64,000 bases of DNA from Candidatus Woesearchaeota archaeon (GCA_018675975.1 JABGXB010000002.1:124001-188000), one strand, 5' to 3'; shown: positions 19,957-31,258, counted from the stretch's first letter. Notes: a model not told the origin generated them from the sequence alone. Numbers and translations: made by a program.

Positions 19957-20913
19957 TTAAATTAAATCTTTTTTCTTAAAAAATGACCACATTAAAATAA
20001 GCATTACAATAAATGATATGATAATAATACCATTTGCATATAACATATTATCACTCAAACTTAGAGGTAAATTAATATTCATACCAAAATAAGAAGTAAC
20101 AAATGTTAAAGGTAATAAAAAAACTGTAAATAATGTTAAAATTTTCATAATATTATTTATTTTATTTGAAGTAATTGCCATAAAATTATCTCTTAAATTA
20201 TTTATTTGAGTTAAAATATATTCTAAGCTCTCCTCAACTTTAGAAATATGATCATGAATATCTTTAAAATATGGAAGTAAATCAGACCTTATATCTTTTA
20301 CACCAGTTCTTGTTAATTTAATACAAATTTCTTCGTTTGCACTTGCCAATTGTTTAACTTTTAATATTTTTCTTTCATGCTCAAATAAATCCATTAAATT
20401 TTTTTGACTTGACGATGCAAATATTTGTTTTTCTAAATTTTCTAATACAATAAATGATTTATCTTTTATTATAACAAAATTATCAACTAATCTATCTAGT
20501 AATTTATGCAAAATATAATCTACACCTTTTATTAATAATTCTTTTATTAAATCAGGTCTTAAAATTAATCCATCAATAATGTCATTATTATTATAATGAA
20601 CTGTAATTAAAAATCTACTTCCATCAACATTATGAATTGGAAATTCCTTATAACCTTCTTTGGTTGGAGTCAGACCATGTTGAGAAAAATAAGTATAAGT
20701 CGTAAACTCTTCATATTTAATTTTAGTCCTTTTACTTTTTAAATCTTCAAGAGTTAATTTGTGAATATTATATAATTTTAATTTATCAAAATCAGCTGCC
20801 GTCGGATTTTTTAAAACAATCCAAATACGCTCATTTATTTTAGGTAAATCAATTTTTCTTGGATTGACATAAGAATGAAAGCTTGTTTTTGATGCTACAA
20901 ATATCTGAATCAT
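19957..20913 (-). CDS. corA: CorA-family Mg2+ transporter
   Basis: GMN signature (YFGMN) after the first of two C-terminal TM helices. Confidence 0.92.
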   Translation of the reverse strand: MIQIFVASKTSFHSYVNPRKIDLPKINERIWIVLKNPTAADFDKLKLYNIHKLTLEDLKSKRTKIKYEEFTTYTYFSQHGLTPTKEGYKEFPIHNVDGSRFLITVHYNNNDIIDGLILRPDLIKELLIKGVDYILHKLLDRLVDNFVIIKDKSFIVLENLEKQIFASSSQKNLMDLFEHERKILKVKQLASANEEICIKLTRTGVKDIRSDLLPYFKDIHDHISKVEESLEYILTQINNLRDNFMAITSNKINNIMKILTLFTVFLLPLTFVTSYFGMNINLPLSLSDNMLYANGIIIISFIVMLILMWSFFKKKDLI

Positions 20914-21156
20914 ATATAAAAATTGATTTTACAATTTATAAAATTAATTTAAAAATTAGTATGTAACATACGAACAAAATTTATAAATTAAAAAAATCCA
21001 GAACATATAGATGAATTATTTGTTTTAAATTGACGAATAATTGTAGATGGAAATCAATATATTGCTAAATTACAAAAAACTACAAACTAGCCCTAGAAAC
21101 AATTTCACAATCCACCTAATCGAATTATTTATTAATATTAAATCATTCTTATTTAT

Positions 21157-21217
21157 GTCTTGATGATGAAAACGTCGATGTTCTGATTATGATGAAAAGA
21201 GAGTTATCTGAGAGATT
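21157..21217 (+). ncRNA. Box C/D methylation-guide sRNA (two guides)
   Basis: C ATGATGA 21163-69, guide AAACGTCGATGTT, D' CTGA 21183-86, C' ATGATGA 21189-95, guide AAAGAGAGTTAT, D CTGA 21208-11; short terminal stem; TATA-like box upstream. Confidence 0.9.
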
Positions 21218-21271
21218 TCAATTATTTTTTTATTCAAAAAATTTATTAATCAATTAGGATTAAAATTTGTT

Positions 21272-21775
21272 ATGGTTAATAGTATGAAAAATATAATGGC
21301 ATATTCTTTGCCAATAATATTTTGTTTTGTAATGGTTGGTTTCATAAGCTTAGATTTGTTTAAATTCCCACCTTATTATTTAACATTATTCATTTATTTG
21401 CTCAGCGTATTTGTAATAATGAATTTTTTTAAATTCATTGAACGTGGTAAAGTTAGAAATTTAGGAGAATTTTTTGGAGTTATGATTTTATTTATATTTT
21501 TTGTAATTTTAATGTTTTCAGGTATTTACCATTATTATAGTACTGACAATTCCACATTAATTAATTCAAATCAAAATTTAGAATCTAATGGCTTAGTAAA
21601 TGCATTTTATTTTAGTGGCGTTACATTTTTAGCAATAGGATATGGAGATATTGTTCCAATAGGTGGATTTATTATAATATCAATACTTGAAGGAATACTT
21701 GGAAGTGTAATTATATTCTCTTTTGTAGCAATAGGTGCTGCAAGTATATTTGATATAGAAAGAAAAAGAATTTAA
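21272..21775 (+). CDS. Potassium channel family protein
   Basis: AFYFSGVTFLAIGYGDIVP pore/filter flanked by TM helices. Confidence 0.85.
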   Translation: MVNSMKNIMAYSLPIIFCFVMVGFISLDLFKFPPYYLTLFIYLLSVFVIMNFFKFIERGKVRNLGEFFGVMILFIFFVILMFSGIYHYYSTDNSTLINSNQNLESNGLVNAFYFSGVTFLAIGYGDIVPIGGFIIISILEGILGSVIIFSFVAIGAASIFDIERKRI

Positions 21776-21776
21776 T

Positions 21777-24149
21777 TTATCTTAATTTGAATCTTTTTGG
21801 ATGAAAATCTCTTAATTTTTTTTGTTTATTATCTCTTTTTACATAATATAAAATTCCAACTAATATTAAAACTACAAACATAACAAATAAAAATGAAGTA
21901 TTATTATTTGCAAAATTTATCAAATTATTATTTTTATTTTCATCTATCAATTTAAAAAATTCATCAATTCTTTGCAATTTATCTCTAACTTGTGGATTAT
22001 TTATTGAATATAATTGAGTAATTGTCTCTAACACTTCTAATCTTAATAATTCATATTGTTCAAATGGCAAATCAAATTCATCTAATAATCTTTCACTAAC
22101 ACCATCTGCAATTCTAATTAAATCAGTTTCATATTTTAAATTTCCTTTAATTAAATATTCCATTCTATTTTTTTGATCATCAGATAATTTAAGAAAATTA
22201 GATTTGTTTACAATAGAATTTTGTTTACTCAATTCATCTTCAAGTTGAATATTTTTTTTATTCATTTCATCAATAATATTATTTAACTGACTTTTCGATC
22301 CATTAACTATACTTGAATTATCATATTTTTTTCTAATTAACAAACTTAAATTTTTAAAATTTTTATTTTTATCACGTGCAATAACTTCAATTTTATTTAA
22401 TCCTAAATATAAATTAGAATGACCCAAAAAATTTCCACTATTGTCAACAAATGCAATATTCGTTGAACCATCTACTTTATTTATTATTTCTACTTCTGAA
22501 CCAATTTCAGTTATTCCAGAAACTACTGTTATATCTTTATTAATTGTTGAACCAGTTGCAGGATATGTAATTTCCAAATTAATTTGTGAATCAATTGCAA
22601 TCGCACTAATATTAGTTGAAATTGGACCCTTATTTCCAACTTCATCTACACCAACAATATAATAAACATAACTTTTTTCATTAACAATATCTTCATCTTT
22701 ATAATATAATTTATCAGTAGAATCAATTAAATTAAAATTTCCTCCATTTGATCTATAAATTTGATAATAAGAAACATCACTTGAATTACTTTTTGTCCAA
22801 AGCAATTTCATCAATAAATTTTCATAAACTTCTATCCTTAAATCAGTTATTGAATTAGGTCCACTCGCATCTGGAATTAAATATAAATTATTACTTAAAT
22901 CAGCAGCATTCCCAACAATATCAACACCAACAATTGCATAATAATTTGTTTGATTTGCATTAAATGTATATGAAGTTTGATTTTCATTTAAAACAATTTT
23001 ATTTCCATTAAATAAATTACTTGAACTAGGGGAATAATATAATACATAACTTTTTGCATCATTTACTAAACTCCATTTAAAATCAATATTTCCCCCACTT
23101 TTTATTTCAGCAGAAAAATCATTAATAGTTTCTGGCGGATTAATATCTACAATCGCATAAGGACTTTCAATAATTTCACCCTTATTATTAAATGCATCAA
23201 TAGCTGAAATTGCATAATAATAAATAATTCCATCATTAGAATTAATATCACTAAAATTAGTTTTATCTGTACGTATATATTCAGGAACTTGATCATGATC
23301 CAAAATAGGTTGTGTATGTTTGTAAATAATATATTCTTCAACTCCAATATTATCACTCACATTATTCCAATTCAAATAAATTTCACCAGATTTTTTTGTT
23401 TCAATATAAATATTAGAAACTGAATTTGGAGCAATATCATCCTCAGTTAACACTTCAAAAATATTACTAATCAAACCAATATTACCCGTATTATCAACAG
23501 CAGAAATACCATAATAATAAGTATTTCCACCTACTGTATTACCATCTAAATAAAAATTTGCATTTGTATAAAATTTTTCAGCATTATTTTTATTTTGTTC
23601 ATTAAGAACTTGATTAGAACGATAAATTATATAATTATCAATACCATAATTATCAGTTGAAATATCAAAATTTAATTCTATATTATTATTATCATTTAAA
23701 TTACCAGACAAACTTACTGTCGTTGGTTTAGTATAATCAGTTTCTATGTTTAAATTACCCGTTGAAAGAGATGTTAATGCAATATAAATTAATAATTGTT
23801 TATTATCAGCAACATTCACATAAAAATTATTAGGATTATTACTATTAAGACCTAATTGAAATCTCCCCCTAAAAAAACCATCATCTTCATCATCATCAAA
23901 ATTATCTCCATTATCATATAAATCCACATTAATTTGTGGAAATCCCTCATAAATTAAGTTTGCAATTGTAGATTCACAACAACTCACACCATTATCAGCA
24001 CTTACATATACAAAATCTCCTTCTTTAAATACAGTTTTTTGATCAGAAAAATTATCATCTGCATAAGTTTTAATATTAACAAGCACTTCAGCATTAACAA
24101 ATGAAATTAGTAATATCACTATAAAAATTAAAAAAATACCTCTTTTCAT
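21777..24149 (-). CDS. Cell-surface protein with fibronectin type III/Ig-like repeats
   Basis: Signal peptide, repeated W...DN....Y.IYR...YYY.ISAVD..GN units, C-terminal TM anchor. Confidence 0.8.
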   Translation of the reverse strand: MKRGIFLIFIVILLISFVNAEVLVNIKTYADDNFSDQKTVFKEGDFVYVSADNGVSCCESTIANLIYEGFPQINVDLYDNGDNFDDDEDDGFFRGRFQLGLNSNNPNNFYVNVADNKQLLIYIALTSLSTGNLNIETDYTKPTTVSLSGNLNDNNNIELNFDISTDNYGIDNYIIYRSNQVLNEQNKNNAEKFYTNANFYLDGNTVGGNTYYYGISAVDNTGNIGLISNIFEVLTEDDIAPNSVSNIYIETKKSGEIYLNWNNVSDNIGVEEYIIYKHTQPILDHDQVPEYIRTDKTNFSDINSNDGIIYYYAISAIDAFNNKGEIIESPYAIVDINPPETINDFSAEIKSGGNIDFKWSLVNDAKSYVLYYSPSSSNLFNGNKIVLNENQTSYTFNANQTNYYAIVGVDIVGNAADLSNNLYLIPDASGPNSITDLRIEVYENLLMKLLWTKSNSSDVSYYQIYRSNGGNFNLIDSTDKLYYKDEDIVNEKSYVYYIVGVDEVGNKGPISTNISAIAIDSQINLEITYPATGSTINKDITVVSGITEIGSEVEIINKVDGSTNIAFVDNSGNFLGHSNLYLGLNKIEVIARDKNKNFKNLSLLIRKKYDNSSIVNGSKSQLNNIIDEMNKKNIQLEDELSKQNSIVNKSNFLKLSDDQKNRMEYLIKGNLKYETDLIRIADGVSERLLDEFDLPFEQYELLRLEVLETITQLYSINNPQVRDKLQRIDEFFKLIDENKNNNLINFANNNTSFLFVMFVVLILVGILYYVKRDNKQKKLRDFHPKRFKLR

Positions 24150-24229
24150 ATGATTAAATTAAATAATATTTGTTTATAATCATTTTCATAAAAGAAAGTT
24201 ATATAAAACAAAATAAATTATATAAAAAT

Positions 24230-24736
24230 ATGGGAATTTTTAAAATAATTTCAAAATTGTTTTTTTTCATTACACTAGTATCATTTATTATTATTGGAAT
24301 TATTATTTATTATGGAAATGGACTACAAAATGCTTCAATTGATAAATTTGAAATCAATACCTTAAATGACTCTTCAAATAATATGATAATTGAAACTAAA
24401 ATTCATATTAATAATCCAAGTAAATTAAGTTTAAACATTAAATCACTTAAGTATAATATTTCTTTAAAAGAAAATAATCAAGTAATTGGAAATAGTGATA
24501 TACCAGAATTTACTATTTCAAAAAATAATATAAGTAAATTAAGATTTGAAACAGTAATTAATTGGATGCCTTCACAAGAATTTATGATTGAAAATAAAGA
24601 TAAAGAAGAAATATTAATTGTAATTAATGGAAAAACAAAAATAAATTTATTTGATTTAACTGAATATGAAATTCCATTTTCAAAAGAAATGGATATAAAA
24701 GATTCAATTGATAGTAAAATTAAATCCATAAATTAA
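24230..24736 (+). CDS. LEA type 2/WHy domain membrane protein
   Basis: N-terminal TM helix, INNPS motif, beta-rich domain. Confidence 0.6.
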   Translation: MGIFKIISKLFFFITLVSFIIIGIIIYYGNGLQNASIDKFEINTLNDSSNNMIIETKIHINNPSKLSLNIKSLKYNISLKENNQVIGNSDIPEFTISKNNISKLRFETVINWMPSQEFMIENKDKEEILIVINGKTKINLFDLTEYEIPFSKEMDIKDSIDSKIKSIN

Positions 24737-24768
24737 AAATATAATTTTATAAATAAAAAAAAAACTAT

Positions 24769-25317
24769 TTGATTGTGAATAAAAATAAGATTATAACAAT
24801 TATTGTAATTTTGGGAATTTTATTATTAATTAATACATATATGTATAAAATTGATGAAGACAAATATATTGAAATAATTTCTAAACAGCAAGGAACTTGT
24901 TTTTTAGAAAACGGTGATTGTTTACATGGAGAAAGATCACATTTTAATTTATTTTTTGAAATATTAATATCATTATTATTGTTTATAATAGCTATTTATT
25001 TATATTTTTATAATGAAGAGGAATTAAATATTGCAAAAGAAAATGCAAAAACATCAAAAATAATTGCAGAAATTAAAGAAAAAGATGTTACAAATACTGC
25101 TTTTGAAGCATTTCTATCTACATTTAATAGCGATGAAAAAAAAATATTAAAAGCGATTAAAGAAAATGAAGGCGTTCAACAGTCTACTCTAAGATTTAAA
25201 ACAGATATGTCAAAAGCAACTTTGAGTTTAATATTAAAATCTTTAGAAGAAAGAAATTATATTAAAAAAGAACCCTATAAAAAAACAAATAAAATTTATT
25301 TAATTAAAAAATTTTAA
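24769..25317 (+). CDS. Membrane-anchored winged-helix (MarR-like) regulator
   Basis: Two TM helices with a C....C.H loop; DEKKIL..GVQQSTLR..MSKATLSLIL..LE; next to the copper operon. Confidence 0.8.
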   Translation: MIVNKNKIITIIVILGILLLINTYMYKIDEDKYIEIISKQQGTCFLENGDCLHGERSHFNLFFEILISLLLFIIAIYLYFYNEEELNIAKENAKTSKIIAEIKEKDVTNTAFEAFLSTFNSDEKKILKAIKENEGVQQSTLRFKTDMSKATLSLILKSLEERNYIKKEPYKKTNKIYLIKKF

Positions 25318-25764
25318 ATTTCTAATTAATAATAGACTAATAATACCTGTAATTGCTAATTGAAATAATGGTGAAATTCCTATGCCAAATAATGTTATCA
25401 TATTAGAATTATAAGACCAACGATTGTATATATATACATTTAATATTTCTATAATTACCGCTATTATTAATCCAATTAAAAAAAATGAAGCATAATTGAA
25501 CATATTGTTTTTTTTAATCCAATTTATATTTTTTAAACAAATTGAAATAATTAAGTAAATTAAAATAATCAAAAGACCATCCATAAAAGAAACATATGAA
25601 ACCATTTTAACATAATCTATTGCTAACATATTATGATCTTTATATAATGTGGACCCATGTAAACTTTCCCAAACAAAATTTAATAAAAAACTAAATATAA
25701 ATATGGAAATAAATAATATTATTTTATTATTTTTTTCTGTTTTAGCTTTGATTTGCTTTCTCAT
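25300..25764 (-). CDS. Hypothetical membrane protein
   Basis: Four TM helices; LNFVWE..H, RWSY, GIGISP. Confidence 0.65.
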   Translation of the reverse strand: MRKQIKAKTEKNNKIILFISIFIFSFLLNFVWESLHGSTLYKDHNMLAIDYVKMVSYVSFMDGLLIILIYLIISICLKNINWIKKNNMFNYASFFLIGLIIAVIIEILNVYIYNRWSYNSNMITLFGIGISPLFQLAITGIISLLLIRNLKFFN

Positions 25765-25930
25765 ATTTTGAATTTTTATTAATAAAATATAAATTTATCT
25801 TATTTTTGTCATTTTTGCTTTCTAAACGATAATTCATCAATATATTGGAGTTTTAAACAATAATGACCTTTTTTTTAACTAGGTATATTATAAATATAAT
25901 AAATTGTTTTTTTAAAATATAGGTGATTTT

Positions 25931-26122
25931 ATGAAAATAAAAGGAGTTCATTGTAAAAGTTGTAAAATGTTAATTGAAGATGTTTTATCCGATATTAATG
26001 TAAAATTAATTTCATGGAAATTAAATGGTAATGAGGCAACGATTCAAGTTGATGGAAATAGTTCATTTGAAGAAATTAAAAAATTAATTGAATCAGAAGG
26101 AGACTATAAGGTAGAAAAATGA
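25931..26122 (+). CDS. copZ: HMA-domain copper chaperone (CopZ-like)
   Basis: GVHCKSC metal-binding loop; GGTGA SD. Confidence 0.8.
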   Translation: MKIKGVHCKSCKMLIEDVLSDINVKLISWKLNGNEATIQVDGNSSFEEIKKLIESEGDYKVEK

Positions 26123-27024
26123 AAACGAAATTATATTCACCAGATATTGAATGTGATAGTTGTATAAAAGTATTAACAAGGGCTTTTAATAATTTACAAG
26201 GTATTGAAAATTTCCATTTTAATAAAAATGAAATTGAAGTTGAGTTTGATGAATCATTAATTACAAAGGACAATATAGTTTCTGCAATACAAAATAAAGG
26301 TTATAGAGTATTTGATGATGTATTTAATAAAAAATCAATCAAACAGAGAACAAAAGATTTTATTATAAATAAAAGTAAGTATAAAGTTGAATATAAAATG
26401 ATAAAGTATATTATCTTGTCATTTGTTTTTCTTTCAATTATTAATTTATCAATTTTAAAATATACAAATACTTTTGATACTCATTTATCTTGGATTTTTT
26501 ATTTAACTATTTCAATTGCATTTTTGAGTGGTGCAATGTGGCACTATAAAACATATCATACTCAATTTACTTGTATGTTAGGTATGATGATTGGTATGAC
26601 TATAGGTATGCAAACTGGTATGATGATAGGTGCTATTATAGGAATTACTAACGGTTTTTTTTATGGTGCAACTATTGGTATGATCTTAGGTTCATTAGTT
26701 GGAGTTTATACTGGAAACTGTTGTGGAATTATGGGTGTAATTGAAGGATTAATGGCTGGAATAATGGGCGGTACTATGGGTGCTATGATTACAGTTATGA
26801 TGTTTTATGATAATATATACATTTTTATGCCAATATATTTTATATTAAATCTTATTATATTAATTGGATTTAGTTATATGTTATATGAAGAAGTAGTTGA
26901 AAATAATAATAATTTAACTGTTAAAAATATTAATTTTTCAAATTATTTTTCATGGACTTTAGCTTTAAATATAATATTAATATTAATAATATATATAGCA
27001 CCCAAATCAATTTACATGGGGTAA
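26119..27024 (+). CDS. HMA domain fused to a Met/Gly-rich multi-TM domain
   Basis: IECDSC at the N-terminus; CMLGMMIGMTIGMQTGMM and CCG..GLMAGIMGGTMGAM helices. Confidence 0.75.
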   Translation: MKTKLYSPDIECDSCIKVLTRAFNNLQGIENFHFNKNEIEVEFDESLITKDNIVSAIQNKGYRVFDDVFNKKSIKQRTKDFIINKSKYKVEYKMIKYIILSFVFLSIINLSILKYTNTFDTHLSWIFYLTISIAFLSGAMWHYKTYHTQFTCMLGMMIGMTIGMQTGMMIGAIIGITNGFFYGATIGMILGSLVGVYTGNCCGIMGVIEGLMAGIMGGTMGAMITVMMFYDNIYIFMPIYFILNLIILIGFSYMLYEEVVENNNNLTVKNINFSNYFSWTLALNIILILIIYIAPKSIYMG

Positions 27025-27028
27025 ATAA

Positions 27029-29179
27029 ATGAAAAAAATAGAATTAAAAATAGAAGGGATGCACTGTAGTAGCTGTGTAAATATCATTGAAAGAGCTTTA
27101 AACAAAAATGACGGTATTATTAAAGCAACAGTTAATTTTGCAACTGAAAAAGCAATGTGTGAATTTGATGAAAAACAACTTAATGTTAAAAAAATAATAA
27201 AATTAATTAAATCAAAAGGATATTCAGCAAAAATAGCTGGTGATAAGATAAATGATAAAAAAGAAATCAATAGATTAAAATTTTTATTAATAATTAGTAG
27301 TATTTTTGCAATTCCAGCATTTTTAATTGCAATGGTTTTACCATGGCTTGGAATAAAAGTAATGTATGAACATATTTTCGTATGGATTTTGGCCACCCCA
27401 GTACAATTTTTTGTAGGTGCAACATTTTACAAAGGTAGTTGGCAAGCATTAAAAAATAAAAGTGCAAATATGGATACATTAATTGCACTCGGTACTTCAG
27501 CTGCATATTTTTATAGTGTTTATTTAGTATTATTTACTAATTCCAATCAACAATATTTTGAAACATCAGCAGTTTTAATTACATTTATTGTATTAGGTAA
27601 ATTTTTAGAAGCAATTGCAAAAGGAAAAACTAGTGAAGCAATAAAAAAACTAATGGAATTTGGTGCAAAAACAGCAACAGTAATTAGAAATAAAAAAGAA
27701 ATTAAAATACCTGTTGACCAAGTTGTAATTGGGGACATAATAATTGTAAAACCAGGTGAGAAAATTCCAGTTGATGGTAAAATAATTTCAGGTTATTCAA
27801 CTATTGATGAAAGTATGATTACTGGTGAGAGTATTCCAGTTGAAAAAAAATTAAATGATAAAGTAATTGGTTCAACTATTAATAAAACAGGTTCCTTTAA
27901 ATTTAAAGCAGAACACGTTGGAAGTGAAACAACACTTTCTCAAATTATTAAATTAATTGAAAATGCCCAAACACAAAAAGCTCCAATTCAAAGATTTGCA
28001 GATATCGTATCTGCCTATTTTGTTCCAATAGTAATATTAATTTCAATAATTACATTTTTAATCTGGTATTTTATTATTAATTCCGGGTTAACTGTTGCAT
28101 TAATTTCGAGTGTTGCAGTTTTAGTTATTGCATGTCCTTGTGCCTTAGGTTTAGCAACACCAACAGCAATTATGGTTGGTACTGGTATTGGTGCAAGAAA
28201 AGGAATTTTAATTAAAGGTGCAGAATCATTAGAACAAGCAGAAAAAATAAAATATGTAGTTTTTGATAAAACTGGAACTATAACACAAGGTAAACCTAAA
28301 CTTACAGACATCGTTTCATATGATAAAAGAAATCAAAAAACTTTATTAGAAATTGCAGCTAGTATAGAAAATTTATCTGAACATCCTTTAGCCGAAGCTA
28401 TTGTTAATGAATCTAAAAATAAAAAAATCAAATTAAAAAAAGTCTCTAATTTTAAAGCAATTCCTGGTTATGGAATTGCCGCTTCAATTGGAAAAAATAA
28501 ATACTATTTTGGTAATGATAAATTAATGGAAAAAAATAAAATAAAAATTAACAAAATAAAAACAGACTTAAATAAATTAGAAGATGAAGGTAAAACTGCA
28601 ATGATTTTATCTGATAATAAAAAAGTAATTGGTATTATTGCAGTTGCTGATGTAATTAAAGAAACAAGTAAAAAGGCAGTTAATAAATTACAAAAAATGG
28701 GTTTGAAAGTATATATGATTACAGGAGACAATCAAAGAACAGCAAATGCAATTGGAAAAGTTGCAGGCATTAATAATATATTTTCTCAAGTCTTACCAGA
28801 ACAAAAAGCAAATCATATTAAAAATTTACAAAAGAAAGGAAAAGTTGCTATGGTTGGTGACGGTATAAATGATGCACCAGCATTAGCACAATCAGATATT
28901 GGCATAGTTATGAGTAGTGGAACTGATGTTGCAATGGAGAGTGGAAATATAGTTTTAATGAAAAATGATTTAATGGATGTAGTTAAGTCAATTAAATTAA
29001 GTAGAATTACTATGGTTAAAATAAGACAAAATATGTTTTGGGCACTATTTTATAATTGTGTAGGAATTCCAGTGGCAGCTATGGGATTATTAAATCCTAT
29101 GATCGCTGGAGCAGCAATGGCATTTAGTTCAGTTTCTGTATTGACTAATAGTTTATTATTAAAAATGAAAAAATTATAG
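27029..29179 (+). CDS. copA: Cu(I)-translocating P1B-type ATPase
   Basis: [38 protein letters not shown]. Confidence 0.97.
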   Translation: MKKIELKIEGMHCSSCVNIIERALNKNDGIIKATVNFATEKAMCEFDEKQLNVKKIIKLIKSKGYSAKIAGDKINDKKEINRLKFLLIISSIFAIPAFLIAMVLPWLGIKVMYEHIFVWILATPVQFFVGATFYKGSWQALKNKSANMDTLIALGTSAAYFYSVYLVLFTNSNQQYFETSAVLITFIVLGKFLEAIAKGKTSEAIKKLMEFGAKTATVIRNKKEIKIPVDQVVIGDIIIVKPGEKIPVDGKIISGYSTIDESMITGESIPVEKKLNDKVIGSTINKTGSFKFKAEHVGSETTLSQIIKLIENAQTQKAPIQRFADIVSAYFVPIVILISIITFLIWYFIINSGLTVALISSVAVLVIACPCALGLATPTAIMVGTGIGARKGILIKGAESLEQAEKIKYVVFDKTGTITQGKPKLTDIVSYDKRNQKTLLEIAASIENLSEHPLAEAIVNESKNKKIKLKKVSNFKAIPGYGIAASIGKNKYYFGNDKLMEKNKIKINKIKTDLNKLEDEGKTAMILSDNKKVIGIIAVADVIKETSKKAVNKLQKMGLKVYMITGDNQRTANAIGKVAGINNIFSQVLPEQKANHIKNLQKKGKVAMVGDGINDAPALAQSDIGIVMSSGTDVAMESGNIVLMKNDLMDVVKSIKLSRITMVKIRQNMFWALFYNCVGIPVAAMGLLNPMIAGAAMAFSSVSVLTNSLLLKMKKL

Positions 29180-29187
29180 GTGAAAAA

Positions 29188-29583
29188 ATGAAAAAATTAA
29201 TTATTCCGTTTTTAGTTATTTTATTTGCATTTAGTGTGATTGGTTTTAATTATAATTTATTTGAATCAAGCCCTTCAATTAAAAATGAAAATAAATTTGA
29301 TTTAAACAATAATATTCAAAATGAAAATGAACAAGTAGTTATCATGAAGATGGTTAGAGGTAAATATTATTTTAAACCAGATACTATTAAAGCTAATATT
29401 CCAGTTGTAATAAAAAATGATGGCTCACTTCGAGGTTGTGGTGTCTTTGTAAAACAACCACAATTAGGATTAGATATGAATTTTGGAATGAAAAATGAAT
29501 ATCGATTTACTCCAAAAAAGAAAGGTACATTTAAATTTAGTTGTAGTATGGCAATGTTTGACGGAGAATTAAAAATAATTTAA
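29188..29583 (+). CDS. Cupredoxin-domain protein
   Basis: RGC...FTPKKKGTFKFSCSMAM. Confidence 0.8.
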   Translation: MKKLIIPFLVILFAFSVIGFNYNLFESSPSIKNENKFDLNNNIQNENEQVVIMKMVRGKYYFKPDTIKANIPVVIKNDGSLRGCGVFVKQPQLGLDMNFGMKNEYRFTPKKKGTFKFSCSMAMFDGELKII

Positions 29584-29610
29584 TCAAGATAAGATTTATT
29601 TTATATAGAA

Positions 29611-30342
29611 TTACTTGCTTAAATACATTTTAAAAAAATCTTTAATTGAAGATTCTCCAACAATTTCTTTTAAAGGAAATTTCCAATTTTTTCTAAATTG
29701 TTTAACTCTTTTTTCATTCAAACCACCATCATAAGTATAAAACTGTCCATAACAACCCATACTATAAATAATTTGTTTTTTATATTCAGAGTATTTAGTT
29801 TCTTTTGGAAGTAATTTTCTATACATCTCTAAATTTCTAATCCAACTCACTCCAGCAATTTCAATAATTTGAGGATAATTTTTTTTAATATCTTTAGCAA
29901 TTTCTTTTAATTCTTTTTTTCTTTTAAGTAATTCATCCCCTTTCAAAGGATTTTTAGGAATAATATTATTTGCAAAATGTAATATAGCAATATTGCCATT
30001 ATATATAGTAAACCAAAAACATTTTTTAGATTTATTTTTTTTAAAAATGTCTTTAACTGTTTTTGAATTTAAAATTAATAATTCAAATATTGAATCTTTA
30101 TTTCTTAATCGCCTTAATTTTGACATCAAATTATTTCTATTTAATTTTGTCAAATATTTAAATAATCTATCAGCCCCAGTATATTTAACTAAAGAATCAG
30201 ATAATTTCAAATTATTTTTTTTAGCCATATAAAAAGAAAAATCAATTCTTAACTTTATTACTTCAAATTCGGTTTTGAGTCTTTTAATTTGCAAAGAATT
30301 AGCTTTATATTTTTTTACTAATTTATTAAAAATCATTTCCAT
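29611..30342 (-). CDS. Hypothetical protein
   Basis: 243-aa ORF; no recognised motif. Confidence 0.55.
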   Translation of the reverse strand: MEMIFNKLVKKYKANSLQIKRLKTEFEVIKLRIDFSFYMAKKNNLKLSDSLVKYTGADRLFKYLTKLNRNNLMSKLRRLRNKDSIFELLILNSKTVKDIFKKNKSKKCFWFTIYNGNIAILHFANNIIPKNPLKGDELLKRKKELKEIAKDIKKNYPQIIEIAGVSWIRNLEMYRKLLPKETKYSEYKKQIIYSMGCYGQFYTYDGGLNEKRVKQFRKNWKFPLKEIVGESSIKDFFKMYLSK

Positions 30343-30373
30343 GATTATTTTTTAGTTTAATCAATTATAAAAT

Positions 30374-31042
30374 TTATTTAATTCTTTTATTATATTCAAC
30401 AATTAAGGCATGAAACTCTTGATAAATAATAACTTTTTGATCATCTTTTATATTTTTACCTAAATCATTTTCAATTAATTCTTGAATTTTATTATAGTCC
30501 CAATCTTTTTGAATTAAATCTAATGAAATTAAAAATCTTTTAGTATATGTATCAACAATAAATACTGGAATTCGATAAGCATATAATAAAATTGAATCAG
30601 CTGTTTCAAAGCCAATACCCCATAATTCTAATAATTCTTCTCTGGTTGGAATTTGATTTTCTTTTAATTTAATAAAAAATTTACAAAATTCAATTATTTT
30701 TTTATATTTTTGATTAAAATATCCACTTGGTTTGATTGCCAATTTAATTTTATCTTCCGATTCATCAATTATTTTATACGGGTCAATTACATTTAAGTCA
30801 TTTAGATTCATAACTGCCTTTTCAACATTTGTCCAAGAAGTATTTTGAGTTAAAATTGCACCTAAACAAATCTCAAAAATTTGTTTATTATTTTTCGGAT
30901 AAGAATGATCATTAGGATGATATCCATTCATAGAACCAGTTTTAGTTGGATTAATATTATTTTTATGTAATTCAATAAGAGGCCACCAACCTTGAGCCCC
31001 ATATTTAGATAATAATTTTTTATAATGCTCAAATAAATTCAT
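30374..31042 (-). CDS. Endonuclease III-related HhH-GPD protein
   Basis: QGWWP, GAILTQNTSW.NV, LWGIGFETADSILLY, VDTY, EFHALIV. Confidence 0.9.
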   Translation of the reverse strand: MNLFEHYKKLLSKYGAQGWWPLIELHKNNINPTKTGSMNGYHPNDHSYPKNNKQIFEICLGAILTQNTSWTNVEKAVMNLNDLNVIDPYKIIDESEDKIKLAIKPSGYFNQKYKKIIEFCKFFIKLKENQIPTREELLELWGIGFETADSILLYAYRIPVFIVDTYTKRFLISLDLIQKDWDYNKIQELIENDLGKNIKDDQKVIIYQEFHALIVEYNKRIK

Positions 31043-31099
31043 AATTAATTCATAAATAAATCATATATAAAATTTTATACTGTTATAAAAAATAAAAAA

Positions 31100-31172
31100 C
31101 GCCCTGGCCGGGATTTGAACCCGGGTCGAAGCCTCGACAGGGCTTCATGATAGGCCACTACACCACCAAGGC
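31100..31172 (-). tRNA. tRNA-Asp(GTC)
   Basis: GCCTTGG...GAAGCC-CTGTCGA-GGCTTC...CCGGG-TTCAAAT-CCCGG-CCAGGGC-G; no CCA. Confidence 0.97.
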
Positions 31173-31258
31173 ATAAGACGTTAATGTTGAATTTTTTATT
31201 TTGTTTATAAATTTATCTCAATAAATTAATTTATAAACAAAATTAATTAAAATAATTT

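Noticed and set aside
21010..21120. Hairpins upstream of corA as a Mg2+ (M-box) riboswitch
   Set aside because: No M-box consensus; corA has its own TATA box about 25 nt from the ATG, so it is probably leaderless.
15633..25861. Shared GAGTTTTAAACAAT motif at about 15633 and 25848 as a regulon operator
   Set aside because: It resembles the TTT(A/T)AAACAA TATA-box variants common in this AT-rich window, and the flanking genes are unrelated.
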